Shown: positions 1 to 12,838 of the stretch, piece by piece | How the letters are laid out: the number at the start of each line of letters is the position of its first letter | Position numbering within the stretch: the stretch's first letter is position 1 | DNA from: Chrysomallon squamiferum | Taxonomy: Eukaryota; Animalia; Mollusca | Direction of reading: 5' to 3' | Assembly: GCA_012295275.1 (NCBI GenBank) | Contig: CM022674.1 | Location: 12,896,001-12,960,000 of the forward strand | Length of the DNA stretch: 64,000 nucleotides | The notes under the pieces: generated by a model | The model's input: the letters and a program-made list of their open reading frames with translations, nothing else | The model's database searches: none | Told to the model about the DNA's origin: nothing | Translations under genes and position numbers: made by a program

Positions 1-377
1 GGAAAATGAAACAAAGTAACCAACTAACCATGAAACAGTGTCTGTAACCAGGAAAAATGAAACAGTAGGAAACAACCAGCAAAATGAAAGAAACCCCAAG
101 AAACCAGCAAAAGGAAAGAAACCCCAAGAAACCAGAAATGCAAGAAACTGAAGCAAAAAAAGAAATCAAGAAACTGAAGCAAAATGAAAACAGCAAAATG
201 AAAGAAATCCCAAGAAACAAGAAACTGAAGCAAGATCAAGAAACCAGCAAAAGGAAAGAAATCCCAAGAAACAAGAAACTGAAGCAAGATCAAGAAACAA
301 GCAAAATGAAACAAAATCAAGACCGAAATAAAATTCACACCTGATCAAGAATCAAGAAGTACTGCGAAAAAGAGAGG
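1..377 (+). repeat. Degenerate purine-rich tandem repeat (CAAGAAAC-based, about 54-bp higher-order unit); possibly a repetitive coding exon
   Basis: Repeated CAAGAAACTGAAGCAA / GAAACCAGCAAAA blocks. ORF 84..344 is K/E/Q-rich with a duplicated KEIPRNKKLKQDQETSK, and a donor-like GAG|GTAAAG follows near 377. Confidence 0.55.
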
Positions 378-387
378 TAAAGATTAC

Positions 388-620
388 TTATATATATGTA
401 TATGTATGTATGTACGTACGTATGTGTATGTATGTATGTGTGTGTGTGTGTATGTATGTATGTGTGTATGTATGTATGTATGTATGTATGTATGTATGTA
501 TGTATGTATGTGTGTGTGTATGTATGTATGTATGTATGTATGTATGTATGTATGTATGTATGTGTGTGTGTATGTATGTATGCATATAGTATGTATATAT
601 ATCTATATCTATATCTAAAT
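388..620. repeat. (TATG)n/(TG)n compound microsatellite
   Basis: Seen directly. Representative of many (TATG)n, (AAT)n, (TAC)n, (GA)n, (AAAT)n, (GAAT)n and (GGAT)n tracts across the window. Confidence 0.95.
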
Positions 621-2141
621 ATATATATTTATTTTTATTTATTTAGTTATTTATCTGCTATACTTACATTACAAAGACTCCTGATATAAAACTCGTTTTG
701 ATTAACGATTAGGATTCCTTAAGCAATTCCTTACAAACGTCAGTTACTTTTGTTAGCATGCAGTACTCGAGTTTATTCTGTTTGTTTTGGGCTGTGTTTC
801 ACTCGGCGAATTAATTAGAGATAGATTTAGCTCGGGGTACTACACAAAAAAAAAAATATTTGTCATTTTGTTTTGTCAAGTAGTCGTTAATAGTAGTCAA
901 TCCTTGTACCCGACGGTTCTAGAACAATTAAATGAGCTGATAATTTATTTGCAGATATTTGTATAAATATACAGTCATACAAAATACATACATACATAGA
1001 CACACACACACACACACACAGAGATGAAAACTGATATATGCATACTTAATAGTTGAACGCGAATACTAATTTAGATCATATATGTGTAAATATATATGTC
1101 ATCTTTTGAGTTTAGCAAGACATTAATGTATTTAATTCTTTTTTACGTCACATATTCTATTTTTGTTACCTTTTATTTATTCAGTTTTTTTTTTTTTATT
1201 TGCGAACACTTAATATAATCTTACAAAAGGAACAAAGCTCACGGTCGTAGAATATCAAGTATATAGCAGTCTACTTTTACAAGAGGCTTAAGTTAATTAC
1301 CTATAGAGAGAAATGTCTATATCGTTTTTATTGCTGTATAAGTTTACAGCGGTGCAATGCGCAGTTTTCAGTCTATAAAAACTCTCGTGCTAGGGCGACG
1401 CGTATATTTCATTACTTGCTTAGTTGTGACCTCTGGCCTTTTGCACGTGAGTTTCTCCCGTGACCAACCAGATCGTAGTTCGATATAACGAATGTAACGA
1501 ATATCGAAACGCTTAGAAAATGTCGATAGATATTGGAACGACTAGAAAGCGAAATAGTTAGATTTTCTGAGTTAGTGTGAATTTTATTAGACCCACTGTG
1601 AGTGAACGTTCACAATTTACGCACACGCACACGCACACAGAATGATACACACAACAGATAAACAAATACAAACATATTTTAGCAAATTTATTACAAATTT
1701 ATTTTCAGTATGTTATAGAATTTAAACCCGAAATCACAGAGACAAAACATTGTCGTATATTCCGTTCCATTTAATTTTATTTAACAGACAGAAAATTATT
1801 TTAAAAAAATAATAAAATAATAATAATAATAATAATAATAAAAATATCAATAAAATAATTGTATATAATATTCTCCATTTTCCGTTCATAATCGTTAAAC
1901 CAATACAGTGAAAATTATTCTGTGAAACATGATCTAAATTAGGATTCGCGTTCAGCTATTCCAACACGAAATGCTTGTGTCGCCATTTTGAATAAATTAT
2001 GCAGAATTACTCTGCAGATCGTGGGAATCACATGAGCGTACGTGGGCGGGAAATAAAAGTACTCGAATGACTGTTGTCAAGGTTACCGTTTCAGACGTCC
2101 CAGTGCATATAACAATACTAAGTATATTTAGATAATGATGA

Positions 2142-2199
<58 letters not shown>

Positions 2200-2404
2200 T
2201 TACTTGAAGAAAATCACTTTAAACGTAAACTACTATTTTTTTTTTTATTGTAACGATATTCTAATATCAGTTATTATTCTTTATTATTTGTAAAGATTGG
2301 ATTCCAAAAATCATACAAAACCTTTTAACTGGGAGGGAGCATGTATCTGTTATCTATTTCAATACTTAAATGCATTTATAAACTGAATAAAATAAATTAT
2401 AAAA

Positions 2405-2471
<67 letters not shown>

Positions 2472-3410
2472 ACTACTACGAAATGAAGTTTAATTTCTGG
2501 TGCTCAGTTCGTGTAATTCTTCTTTACGCTAATTTTGCTTCGCTAGTATTAGTCTGGTTACAAGTGAATTAATATTGTTACACACGTTTCCTAGGACGCG
2601 GGGCGTTCACTGGGCGTGTGCGTGAATGCGTCATTCGATTAGACCCCGTCCATGTCGGACATTTTGATACAGTAATAAATATTTAAATAAAATTAAATAA
2701 AACGAAAATTCATAAATAAACAAAGAAACTAACAAAGTAAACAACAGACAGACAGATAGACAAACAAACAAACAAACAAATAAATAAATAAATAAAAACG
2801 ATACAAATAAATAAAAATGTATTTAAATATATAAATAAATAAAACAAATACATATTATTAAAACATACACATAAAATATCAACATTAGAAAAAGAAAAAC
2901 GAAAAAAACGAAAAAGAAACAACAGAAAGAAAACAGCAATACATAAATAAATTAGTAAGTAAACAGATAGATAAATAAATACATAAAGAATCAAATACAT
3001 AGTTAATAAAACGCAAATAAAACATAAATAAGCAAAATAAATAAATAAATAAAGTGAATGAATGAATGAATGAATAAGTAAACAAACAAACAAACAAACA
3101 AACAAACAAACAAACAAACAAACAAACAAACAAACAAACAAATAAATAAATAAATGAACAGCGAAAGACTGATTTCGTCACGTCCAGCACAACACAAAGC
3201 CTAGTCTAGGGAATTGAGTCATCGCATCTTTGTGACGTACATCAACCTGACAGTCGCTTTCGGCTCGGACAAGACTAATTGATAGCAAGCAGCCTTCATC
3301 TCAATAATTAATCTGTTTCGCTTCTCAGCTATTAATAAACTTCTTAAGTGACACCCGACACTTTTCCACCACTCTTTAAATTTTCCTATTTATATATTCC
3401 AGATATACTT

Positions 3411-3447
<37 letters not shown>

Positions 3448-4081
3448 CAACGTTATTGTTGAGCAAGATGACGCAGCGGATATCATTTTCAATTAGTCTT
3501 ATGGAAAGTAGTCTGAATGTTTTGACATCCGGTCACCATGATAGATGAATTCCCATTGGTCCCCAGGGCAGTTGGTAAGATGCTCCTTTCCGTAATAAAT
3601 TTTATTTCATGACTGTTTTTATCAGTGTCAGAATCTGGCCCGGGGGCTTCGTTTCTTTTTGCTTAAGAATGTATTTAGTAAACCCTAAATAAGATTTCTG
3701 TTGTTTTTATTTGCTGTGAGGTATAAATTATTACTCCGTGGCCAGTTTACAGTGAAACCTGACTTTAACAGAAGAGTTAATAACAGGTCACCAGTTCATT
3801 AGGAAACTAAGATTTAGAATTGTCAGAAATATTTTAAACAACCATCTGAATTGTAAAGGGAAGTAGAGAGATAGCTAGACTGAATATTATGAATAATTGG
3901 AAGCATTTTAGACTTTTTGTTATATATTTTTTTTTTCTTTTTATAAAAAATATGTGTGTGTGTGTATGTGTGTGTGTGTGTGCGCGCGTCTAAGACTGTT
4001 TATGAAACGAAGTTTCTATTGTAGATTCTGTATGCTACAATATAGTTTTAATTATAATAGTATTTTATGTAATATACGCCT

Positions 4082-4172
<91 letters not shown>

Positions 4173-4829
4173 GATGACAAACACATACAAATAATGTCTA
4201 GTATATATAACATTTGCTTTTGGTGCACACCTTTATTCTGGTTCATTATTTCCACTGTCCAAAATTTTAATAATTAGAGCTGTATATGTATTTTTATAAC
4301 AATGGTCAAATTGTGGATATCACAGGGTTCAGTTCGAATCGCACTTTCAAGTAACATAAACTCCTCTTTATCTTCTAATAAAATATCATAGATTCGTCGG
4401 CGACCGAACGCGCCCATAACAATTACTATGTAATTACAACAGCTGGTTTCTAATTTCACCTCCGAAAAATTGCGTCACCCAGGTACCAGCCACGCCCACG
4501 CACGTGTTACCTGAGTTACTACGCATTAAAGACAAGTTGTTAATTAATTAGAGGGTATGATGAAGTGTGTGTGTGTATGTATGTATGTATGTCTGTATGT
4601 CTGTATGTCTGTGTGTCTGTATGTATATATGTATGTATGTATGTATGTATGTTTGTGTGTGGTATGTATGTATGTGTATGTGTATATATGTAAGTGTTTA
4701 TCTGTCTATCTATATATGAGTATATGTGTACAAACAAACAGTGTACATGCCATTATTATTAGTTATTTTCTAACAGAAAATTTCTATTAATATTAAAATT
4801 AAAATGCCTAAGTAAATGAGTGATTGAAA

Positions 4830-4887
<58 letters not shown>

Positions 4888-5149
4888 GTGGTGACGGTAG
4901 CAGAGGAAAAATAAATAATGGTTCACAATGAAAAAATGAAAACGAAAGATTAACCGAATGAAAGAATGAACGTTCAAATGAAAAAGAGAAGAAAAAAAAA
5001 ATGTATGAAAAAATCTCGAGCATCTGAAACATTCGGAGTCCTCGCATGCTTAACTCTCCGTCAAAATAAAACCTCGAACTACGTGAGCGAAATTAAGCGA
5101 TCCCCAAATTAGTCCACAAATATTGTGAATCGCCACTTTCACTTTGTTT

Positions 5150-5699
5150 GACTTTTGGCTTACAGTCAGTGGACACACCCAAAGCCATCCATTGGTCAGT
5201 GCGGATACATGATGTTCAATTTATTCATACCCAGGCTGTATATTATATATATGTGTATGTTTATACATCTGACCTCTGACCAATGGGCAATGCCCGTACG
5301 TTCAATGGTGAACGACACGGAAAGAAAGGACACATTGTACGAAACTTGTCTCTCTTGTCGTTGGGTTTTTTTTTTTTTTTTTTTTTAAATCTCTCGTTTC
5401 GCCACCCGGTCAAACAGCCCCATCCGTCATCGACAGGAAAAAGATAATTACTCGACAATGGCGCTGTTTGTCTTCCCAGCGGGGGTTCAGAGATTTTGTT
5501 TTATTCTTCGCTGATACTTTCCGCGGTTTTTTTGTTTGCTAGACTGGCCCGAGGGTCGGACCGCGGTTGCGCTAAAATGAGGACCAGTCTGGAAGCGGCG
5601 GGTCTCGAGCACGGACTGAATTATTATTTACCTTTCAGTGTGGACAGAAACACAGAATGCAAATTACGTACCTGGCGAACTCTGTGAGAACAGGTGAGT
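5150..5699 (+). promoter_or_regulatory. CpG-richer promoter-like island with a probable non-coding first exon
   Basis: CCAAT boxes at about 5190 (reverse) and 5281, a YY1-like ACAATGGCG at about 5456, and a perfect donor CAG|GTGAGT at 5691-5699. Confidence 0.45.
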
Positions 5700-7023
5700 A
5701 AATTAAAAAGTCTTTTGAAAGTAACAAAAAGTCTTTTGTGAAAATGCTTGTTGTTTTTACTTTTCGTATCCTTCGTTTTAAGTTTTGATTCTTATACAAT
5801 TATAGCAGAACAGACTCAGTTGATGAATAAATGTTTGAAAAAAAATTAAGTTTATGAAAAATCAGGATTTTGTATTTAGTAGTGAAATGGTTGATCAGGA
5901 TAAAATATTTCTTGTATAAAAATGTAATACTTTTATGCTTGTGATGTTGTTAACTTGCGAATATATTTCCAAGATTTCAGTTTTAATTTAATTATTATTA
6001 TTATTATTATTATTTTTTTATACATTCTGAAAATAATGTTATATAGATTTCTGTAGATTGTCGTTTGTTTGTTCTTCGGGTTTTTGTTTATTTTTGTATT
6101 ATTATTTTATTTTGTGTTTTATTTAAATTGTATTTTTAATATTTACATTAATATTAATATAAAATTATCTTAATATTACCGTTTATTAAGTATCACCTTT
6201 ATTGCCATAAAGTGGATATGTGATATTTGATATACAAATTGTGGGACACAGATTGGATCTGGAAAAATATAAAAATACCTTTTTCGGAGGGTAGATTCTA
6301 GAATCCATTAGTCCACGAGCAAAATCTCCCAACAGTGAAATATAATAAATTATTCCATCTTAGACGGAACGCGGAAATTAAACAAATAAATTGTTATTAC
6401 TGCGCAAAAACCGGGTTTACATTTATATATTCTACAAACACTTAATTAACACTCATAATTTACAATACTCCACCCTTTAATTAAATTATCTCGACTTTTC
6501 TTTTATTTCCTCGCAGACACAGATCTCTCACTTGACCGTAATCGAATCTGTATCGATTTGGCGATAAAAATAATTCAAATTGTTGCGATCGTTTGGTGAA
6601 ACGAAAACAAAATGACAGAGAAACGAATTCAGATATACGTTACAGTAAATATACAGATCGTATGTCACTCGCTTTGCTGTCCGGGCTTCTCCGTAACCGC
6701 TTTCCCTCGTCAGCCAATGAAATGGCTCGTTGTAATGACGTCTGTCAAGAACGTCGGCAGGTTGTAATTTTAACCATTTGACCTGTGCGATCCCCAGCGA
6801 TCCTATTAAAACCAGCCAAGTTGTCCAAAAGACGACGAAAATAGTTATTTTGTTGATTTGGTTTTTTTTGGTGTGTTTTTTTTTTTTGAAATTTATTTTA
6901 GCAAATACCACAACGTTCTTTGTGGCCATATTGCTTTTTGGAGCAGGCCGTAAGTTAGGGCGCTGTCCTGAAGTTTGCAAGGTTGCCGGATCAAAACCTC
7001 ATTGGTTTGAGAAGCTAATTCCT

Positions 7024-7057
<34 letters not shown>

Positions 7058-7687
7058 AGTGGCAGAAATATTACAACTCTTTCTATATCTTCCAGTTTGT
7101 ATTGCTACACGTTGCACTACAGCTGATGTTTGGGTAAAATATTTATTAATGCCAGCATCATGATGATCATGATGATAATTATCATTATTATTATTATTAT
7201 TATTATTTCTATTATCCAACAAAAGCTAACTTGTATTAATTTTAGCAATATCAACATCATCATCATCATCATCATCATCATCATTATTATTTCTATTATC
7301 GAACAAAAGCAATCTCCGTAGCCAAAACCACAACTACCATCAGTACTATAACATCTACTACTTCTACGATAACTGCCAATAGTACCTCTGCTGTTTCTTT
7401 TACCACTACTGCGGCTGCTACTACTGCTGCTACTACTACTACTTCGATTTCTACCACCATTACTGTTATGATTATAACTGGCATCACTACTTCGTCTAGA
7501 CATAATTATTTTATTTGCGGACAGATACACAAATATACACACTGGTGTTCACGTAGTTGTCATTCGACGTTACGACAGACGTTGTGCTGAAGATGTTGTC
7601 GTTCTGTCAGAGGAGGCCATACTTGTCTGTATGTGTTTTGTATCATGAGACAGTGTGTCCTCCCTTGAGAGAGTCGACAAATCCTAC

Positions 7688-7940
7688 AGAGACACTTGTT
7701 ACACAGAGACACATGTTACATAGAAACACTGTTACATAGAGATACTTGTTACATAGAGACACATGTTACATAGAGCCACTTGTTAGATAGTGACACTTGT
7801 TACAGATATATTTGTTACATAGAAACACTTGTTATAGGGAGACATTTGTTACATAGAGACACTTGTTACATAGAGACACTTGTTACATAGAGACTTGTTA
7901 CACAGAGATATTTGTTACATAGAAACACTAGTTACATGGA
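7688..7940. repeat. Minisatellite, about 17-bp unit GAGACACTTGTTACATA
   Basis: About 14-15 imperfect tandem copies seen directly. Confidence 0.9.
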
Positions 7941-8104
7941 GAAAAGAGACATGATATACGGAAATTACATTTCTTACATGAAAGCATGTACAAATTATTT
8001 GCTTCCTTTATTCTGAAGAAACTGATGTAAAACGCGGGTGAGTGGGTTCAATACTCAGTACCGAACTAAAAATGTCAGGCGACTTTTCTCAGGGCGTACA
8101 GTCT

Positions 8105-8318
8105 GTCTCCATGGTAACTAACACTCATGAGACAGTGTGTCCTCCCTCAGACTCTGTGTTGCCAATAGCAACAAACAAGAAGAACAACGGAGAACAAAAG
8201 TAAGAAAGAAAGAAAGAAAGAAGGAAAGAGAAAACAGCGGATTACAAGAATGGGACAGAGATTCGGAGAAGTGAAAGAAGAAAAGAAAGAAAGAAACGAG
8301 AATTATGTATACAGAGAG

Positions 8319-8398
<80 letters not shown>

Positions 8399-8546
8399 TA
8401 GCCAGAGAGATCGAAAGCTATCGTAAAAAGAGAATATATTTATCGTAAATGTATACTTTTCAAATTTCTAAATAAACACATATTACAGTTTTCAAATAGC
8501 GCTAGATTCTGTACAGGAACGAACAGGCAACTGTTGCCATGACGAC
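8105..8546. promoter_or_regulatory. Cluster of RFX X-box-like motifs
   Basis: GTCTCCATGGTAAC at 8105-8118, GTTGCCAATAGCAAC at 8158-8172 and GTTGCCATGACGAC at 8533-8546 match the GTNRCC-N-RGYAAC X-box consensus closely. Confidence 0.45.
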
Positions 8547-8860
8547 GGTGACGGAGCGGCCGCAGTAAGCAAACGAGAACCCTCTTTGAGTTTATTGTCA
8601 CAGTGCCACAACGTCACAGTGTTTGACTTCAACTTCAGCGCACGCTCTCAGCGAAAACTTTATGGCACTTTTCGGTAAACACAAAATCCTCGTGATCCAA
8701 TAAAAATGTGAAATCATAATATTTGACAGAGATAAGACAGACAGAGTTCTTTAAAAGTGAAGTATAATGTAGTGTCAGGTGTGTACGTATGTAAAAATTA
8801 TACAAACATACATACATACATACATATATATATATATATACTCACACACATACACATTTA

Positions 8861-9178
8861 CCGGATTCCTGGGGCATCAGGGATTCCGAATTTCTGGATT
8901 TTACGGTTTTTTGGTACCAAGGCATCTAAATATTTAAAAATTAGGCATGAACATTTTAAAAATAAAATCATAAAGAAAACTGACGATACACAACTGTGGC
9001 GAATCGACACGTAAACAATGCGGCGAGTAAATGAACGCCACGCGGCTTGAAAGAGTAGTTCTGGTCTGGTGACGACAACTCCCGCCAACGCGAACTATGA
9101 AAAGAGCGTCGGGAAAGAAACTTACGCTTTTCTGCTCTTTCGGGATTTCAGGACGACGGATAATTGGTCCAGTACCTG
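8861..9178. mobile_element. Truncated pogo/Tigger-like non-autonomous DNA transposon
   Basis: GC-richer insert absent from paralogous spacer copies (e.g. about 14900-15030). The right end reads CAGGTACTGGACCAATTATCCG on the minus strand and is followed by TA; the left TIR is not seen. Confidence 0.55.
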
Positions 9179-9726
9179 TATAGACATACACACGAACATA
9201 TATGTATATAATTATATACATTCTCAAAGAAACAAAGAAAGAAACATTATTTAAGTACAAACAAGTACACATTAATACTGCCTCCTTCAAACATACGTCA
9301 ACAAAGACTCACATGTTTATACACGTAAAATAGTAGACTTTAAAAATAATTACGATAGTAGTGGGTTGTTGTAGTTGTAGTAGTAATAATAATGTAGTAG
9401 CTGTGTCAGCAACAGTTGTTGTAGTAGTAGTAATAGAAGAAGCAATTGTAATAGTAGTAGTCGTAATAATAGCAGTAGTACTAGTGCTAGTAGTAATATC
9501 AGTAATGGTAGCAGCAGAATAGTAGCAGTAGTGATGGTAAGATCGACTATGAAGATGCTACATACATGCTTAGACGAAATGTTGTTATGTGAACCATGTT
9601 GGTTAGGATTTAAATTCAATACGGCTTCCAGAGTTATTTCCCCTCCGGTTTAAAACAGAAACATTTCTTTTCTTTTCTTTTTGTTTATTTGACTAATATT
9701 TACTAATAGATAGATTGATTGATAGA

Positions 9727-9761
<35 letters not shown>

Positions 9762-10451
9762 ATCAAACTGATATAAAATAAAATAAATTAAATAAAAATT
9801 GGGTTAAAGTTACATACTGAATAAAATTCTAAATCCGAAAAATGTATCTGTCTGTCTTCATGTTCAGTTTGCGGATCAAATGAATGAATAAATGAATGAA
9901 TAATTGAATGAATGAATGAATAAGGAAATAATTAAATAATAATAAGCAAGTAAATGTTCTAATTAATAAAGATATGTAAAATTTAGTAAAAAAAAAAAAA
10001 ATAATAATAGTAAATAATAAATAAATTAAAATAAAATGTTTTAAACGTTACTAAATATTTCTCCGGAAACTTCCGAAAACTAACGAATGTCTAGATTCTC
10101 TTAAATATTGGAAATTGAACGCCCATAGGTTTGTCATTTTAATTGAAATTACAGAAACTCGAATGACTTGGGAAATCTATTTATTTCAGATTTACCTTTG
10201 TTTTATACACACAGGTAAAATAATTACTCTTTGCCTTTGATCTGCCATGGATATATTGAAACTAGATTAGAAACTGTTCTAATTATTTACTTTGTTAGTT
10301 TAGTTTGATGGAAGCTGAATTTCATTAACTCGGTTTAAATTTGAAGAAGAAAGTAAATTAGAAATAATGTGAATGAATGAATAAATGAATGAATGAATGA
10401 ATGGATATAAAGAGGCGTACAGAAATAATGCTACAGCTACTGCTACTACTA

Positions 10452-10490
<39 letters not shown>

Positions 10491-11570
10491 TTACTAATTC
10501 TACTGCTATTATTAGTCACGCTACAATTATTATATCTACTACAACTTTTACTACTTTGACGACAACAGCAAATATATTGTGCTGTTGTTACTTCTAACAC
10601 TGTTGCTGTTAGTATTCTTAATATTACTACAACTGCTACTGTTACTACTACTGCTACTGCTACTACTACTACTATTACTACTACTACTACTACTATTACT
10701 ATTACTACAACCACTACTACTACTATTACTATTACTAATACTAATACTAATACTGCAACTACTACTACTACTGTTGTAGTAGAAGTAGTAGTAATAACAA
10801 TAATAGTAATAAATATAAAAACAACAATAATCATAATAATAATAATGATGATAATAATCGTAATTATAATTCTTTCATTAAAATCAACCAGTAATACGTG
10901 GCTGTAGTAAAATATTATGAGCAATGACAATATGTTTGTGGAAACGAAACTCAATCATGCAAAAATTACATTATTGTCTTCATCTGTTTGTTATGAACAG
11001 AACAAACGGAACTGAATTATTAATGACAAATAGTTAATTCATACGGGAAGATAAATATAGCGTAATAAAAATGATTATGGCATGATTTATTCATGGTTAC
11101 CAGAAGGAAGAAAAATCAATTAAAAGGACGAAAGTATGTTAAAATGTAATTCTTGTGAGTTTGCAAGTAACAATAGCTGATATTCCGTACAAAATCAATT
11201 TAGTTATTCTTTTCTGTGTTTTTTTTCTTTTTTCTTTTTGTTTAAAAATATACCTTATTATTATTATTATTATTATTATTTTATTCGGATTATATTTATT
11301 TATTTATTTATTTATTTATTATTGTTTGTTTGTTTGTTGTTGTTTTTTTGTTTGATTATTTGTTGTTCTTTGTTATTATTAGTTGTTGTTTTTTGTTTTG
11401 TTTTTATCTCTTAAAAATGTTATTTGAATATATCTGTATTATCACTGTCAACATTATCTTTATGGACACGCTCTATATCAAACTGACACAAAAACATGAA
11501 GTCTCTGTGTCTTTTTCTCTTTCTCTAAATAAAAAGTAGGAATTGTTCTAAAATCATGCAGGAAAATGAA

Positions 11571-11580
11571 GTATAAAAAT
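11571..11580 (+). promoter_or_regulatory. Candidate TATA box GTATAAAAAT of the receptor genes
   Basis: About 105 bp upstream of the ATG in copies 1, 2, 4, 5, 6 and 7 (11571, 17718, 28517, 31661, 36961, 41126), conserved across both upstream haplotype classes. Confidence 0.55.
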
Positions 11581-11677
11581 CGATAACCAAAACAAACACT
11601 ATTACAAGAACACACGTACAAATGTCAGTTAGCTCGCGAGCGCCGACTAAACAGGCAGAAAGGTTTTCGACGAAAAA

Positions 11678-12838
11678 ATGAAGAATCTCGTAATACTGTG
11701 GATTCTGTTTGTAACTTCTCAAGGACTCGACAAAAACAGAACGTTACAATTACGTCACATGCTGCTGGATAACTATTCACGTGCCGTGCAGCCGACTTCC
11801 GGTAGTCAAAAACTTCTTTTGAAATTGCAACTAATTCCACTTTCTATTGTAGAACTTGATCAAACGAAGCAGACGTTCACTGTTCTTGCACACGTGTTTG
11901 TCACGTGGTTAGATCGAGAACTGGCGTGGAACGGAAGTGAATTCTCCGATGTGAAAACTTTATCTGTGCAACTGGATGACGTTTGGTGGCCGAAGTATCA
12001 AATTACTAATTCGGTTGACCGTGTTACTGGGCAGACTCTGTATTCGTCTATCCTGCTAATCAAGAACGGACAGGTAATCCACGGATCAACTGACGTGTTC
12101 AAAACTATTTGTACAGTTGACCTTACAAGGTATCCTTTCGACACGCAAGACTGTGCAATTATATTTTCGTCGTCGTCGTTGGACTACGATTACAGCGATC
12201 TCAATTCCAGTCTGCTAGACACTCGTCACGATTACTTCACGGAAACTAACGAATGGCTTTTGATCGATTTTTATTCCTTCACGAAAACTGCCGATTTCAG
12301 CGGGATCCCTATGGTTGAGTTTCATTTCAAACTTCGGCGACATTCGGTTTACTACGTACTCACGATCATACTGCCTGTAAGTCTTCTGTCAATTCTTGAT
12401 GCTTTTGTGTTTCTGCTTCCTGTCGAGTCAGGAGAGAAGATGTCTTTTCTCATCTCCATAATGCTGTCCTTCGCCGTCTATCTCAACTTCATTAATGACG
12501 TCATGCCCAAGTCGAAACAGGTTTCCAAACTGGCTGCTTACCTCGTTCTCGCACTCGCTCAAACCACCATTTCCATCATTATAACTATATGCACGTTAGA
12601 TGTCTATCACCGTGGCAACCGTAGTAGCCTCACCGACAAGAATAAAATAATTGGAACGCGTTCGTTTGCTGATGACGACACAAAAGAAGAGAAGACAACT
12701 GCGGAATTTTGTGGAAAACACTTCGTGAAAACGACTCAAAATGTCGCTCGTGCTCCATCAGCGCGCAAACTGAATTTGATTCTGTTTTCTGTGTTTCTGA
12801 TGTCTGCTTTGTTAAGCCCTTTTCTATTTTTAGTATGA
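11678..12838 (+). CDS. Atypical nAChR-like Cys-loop ligand-gated cation channel subunit, copy 1 (intronless, 386 aa)
   Basis: Signal peptide, WxD and WxP motifs, Cys-loop C145-x13-C159 with YPFD, LRR before TM1, GEK before TM2, four TM helices and no vicinal Cys in loop C. Confidence 0.93.
   Translation: MKNLVILWILFVTSQGLDKNRTLQLRHMLLDNYSRAVQPTSGSQKLLLKLQLIPLSIVELDQTKQTFTVLAHVFVTWLDRELAWNGSEFSDVKTLSVQLDDVWWPKYQITNSVDRVTGQTLYSSILLIKNGQVIHGSTDVFKTICTVDLTRYPFDTQDCAIIFSSSSLDYDYSDLNSSLLDTRHDYFTETNEWLLIDFYSFTKTADFSGIPMVEFHFKLRRHSVYYVLTIILPVSLLSILDAFVFLLPVESGEKMSFLISIMLSFAVYLNFINDVMPKSKQVSKLAAYLVLALAQTTISIIITICTLDVYHRGNRSSLTDKNKIIGTRSFADDDTKEEKTTAEFCGKHFVKTTQNVARAPSARKLNLILFSVFLMSALLSPFLFLV

Noticed and set aside
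6528-6980. 150-aa minus-strand ORF
   Set aside because: No recognisable domain; it runs through homopolymer tracts and overlaps promoter-like motifs.
6940-7005. tRNA/SINE-like segment (GGTTGCCGGATCAAAACC resembling a B box)
   Set aside because: No foldable cloverleaf or clear A box; too degenerate to call.
388-11540. Numerous short ORFs of poly-L/I/V/S/T, YIHT, CMYV, ERER type (here and throughout the window)
   Set aside because: They are translations of microsatellites with no domain or splice support.
11678-12838. Annotation as a canonical nAChR alpha subunit or an anion channel (GABA/GluCl)
   Set aside because: There is no loop C Cys-Cys or aromatic cage, and TM2 is preceded by GEK rather than PAR.
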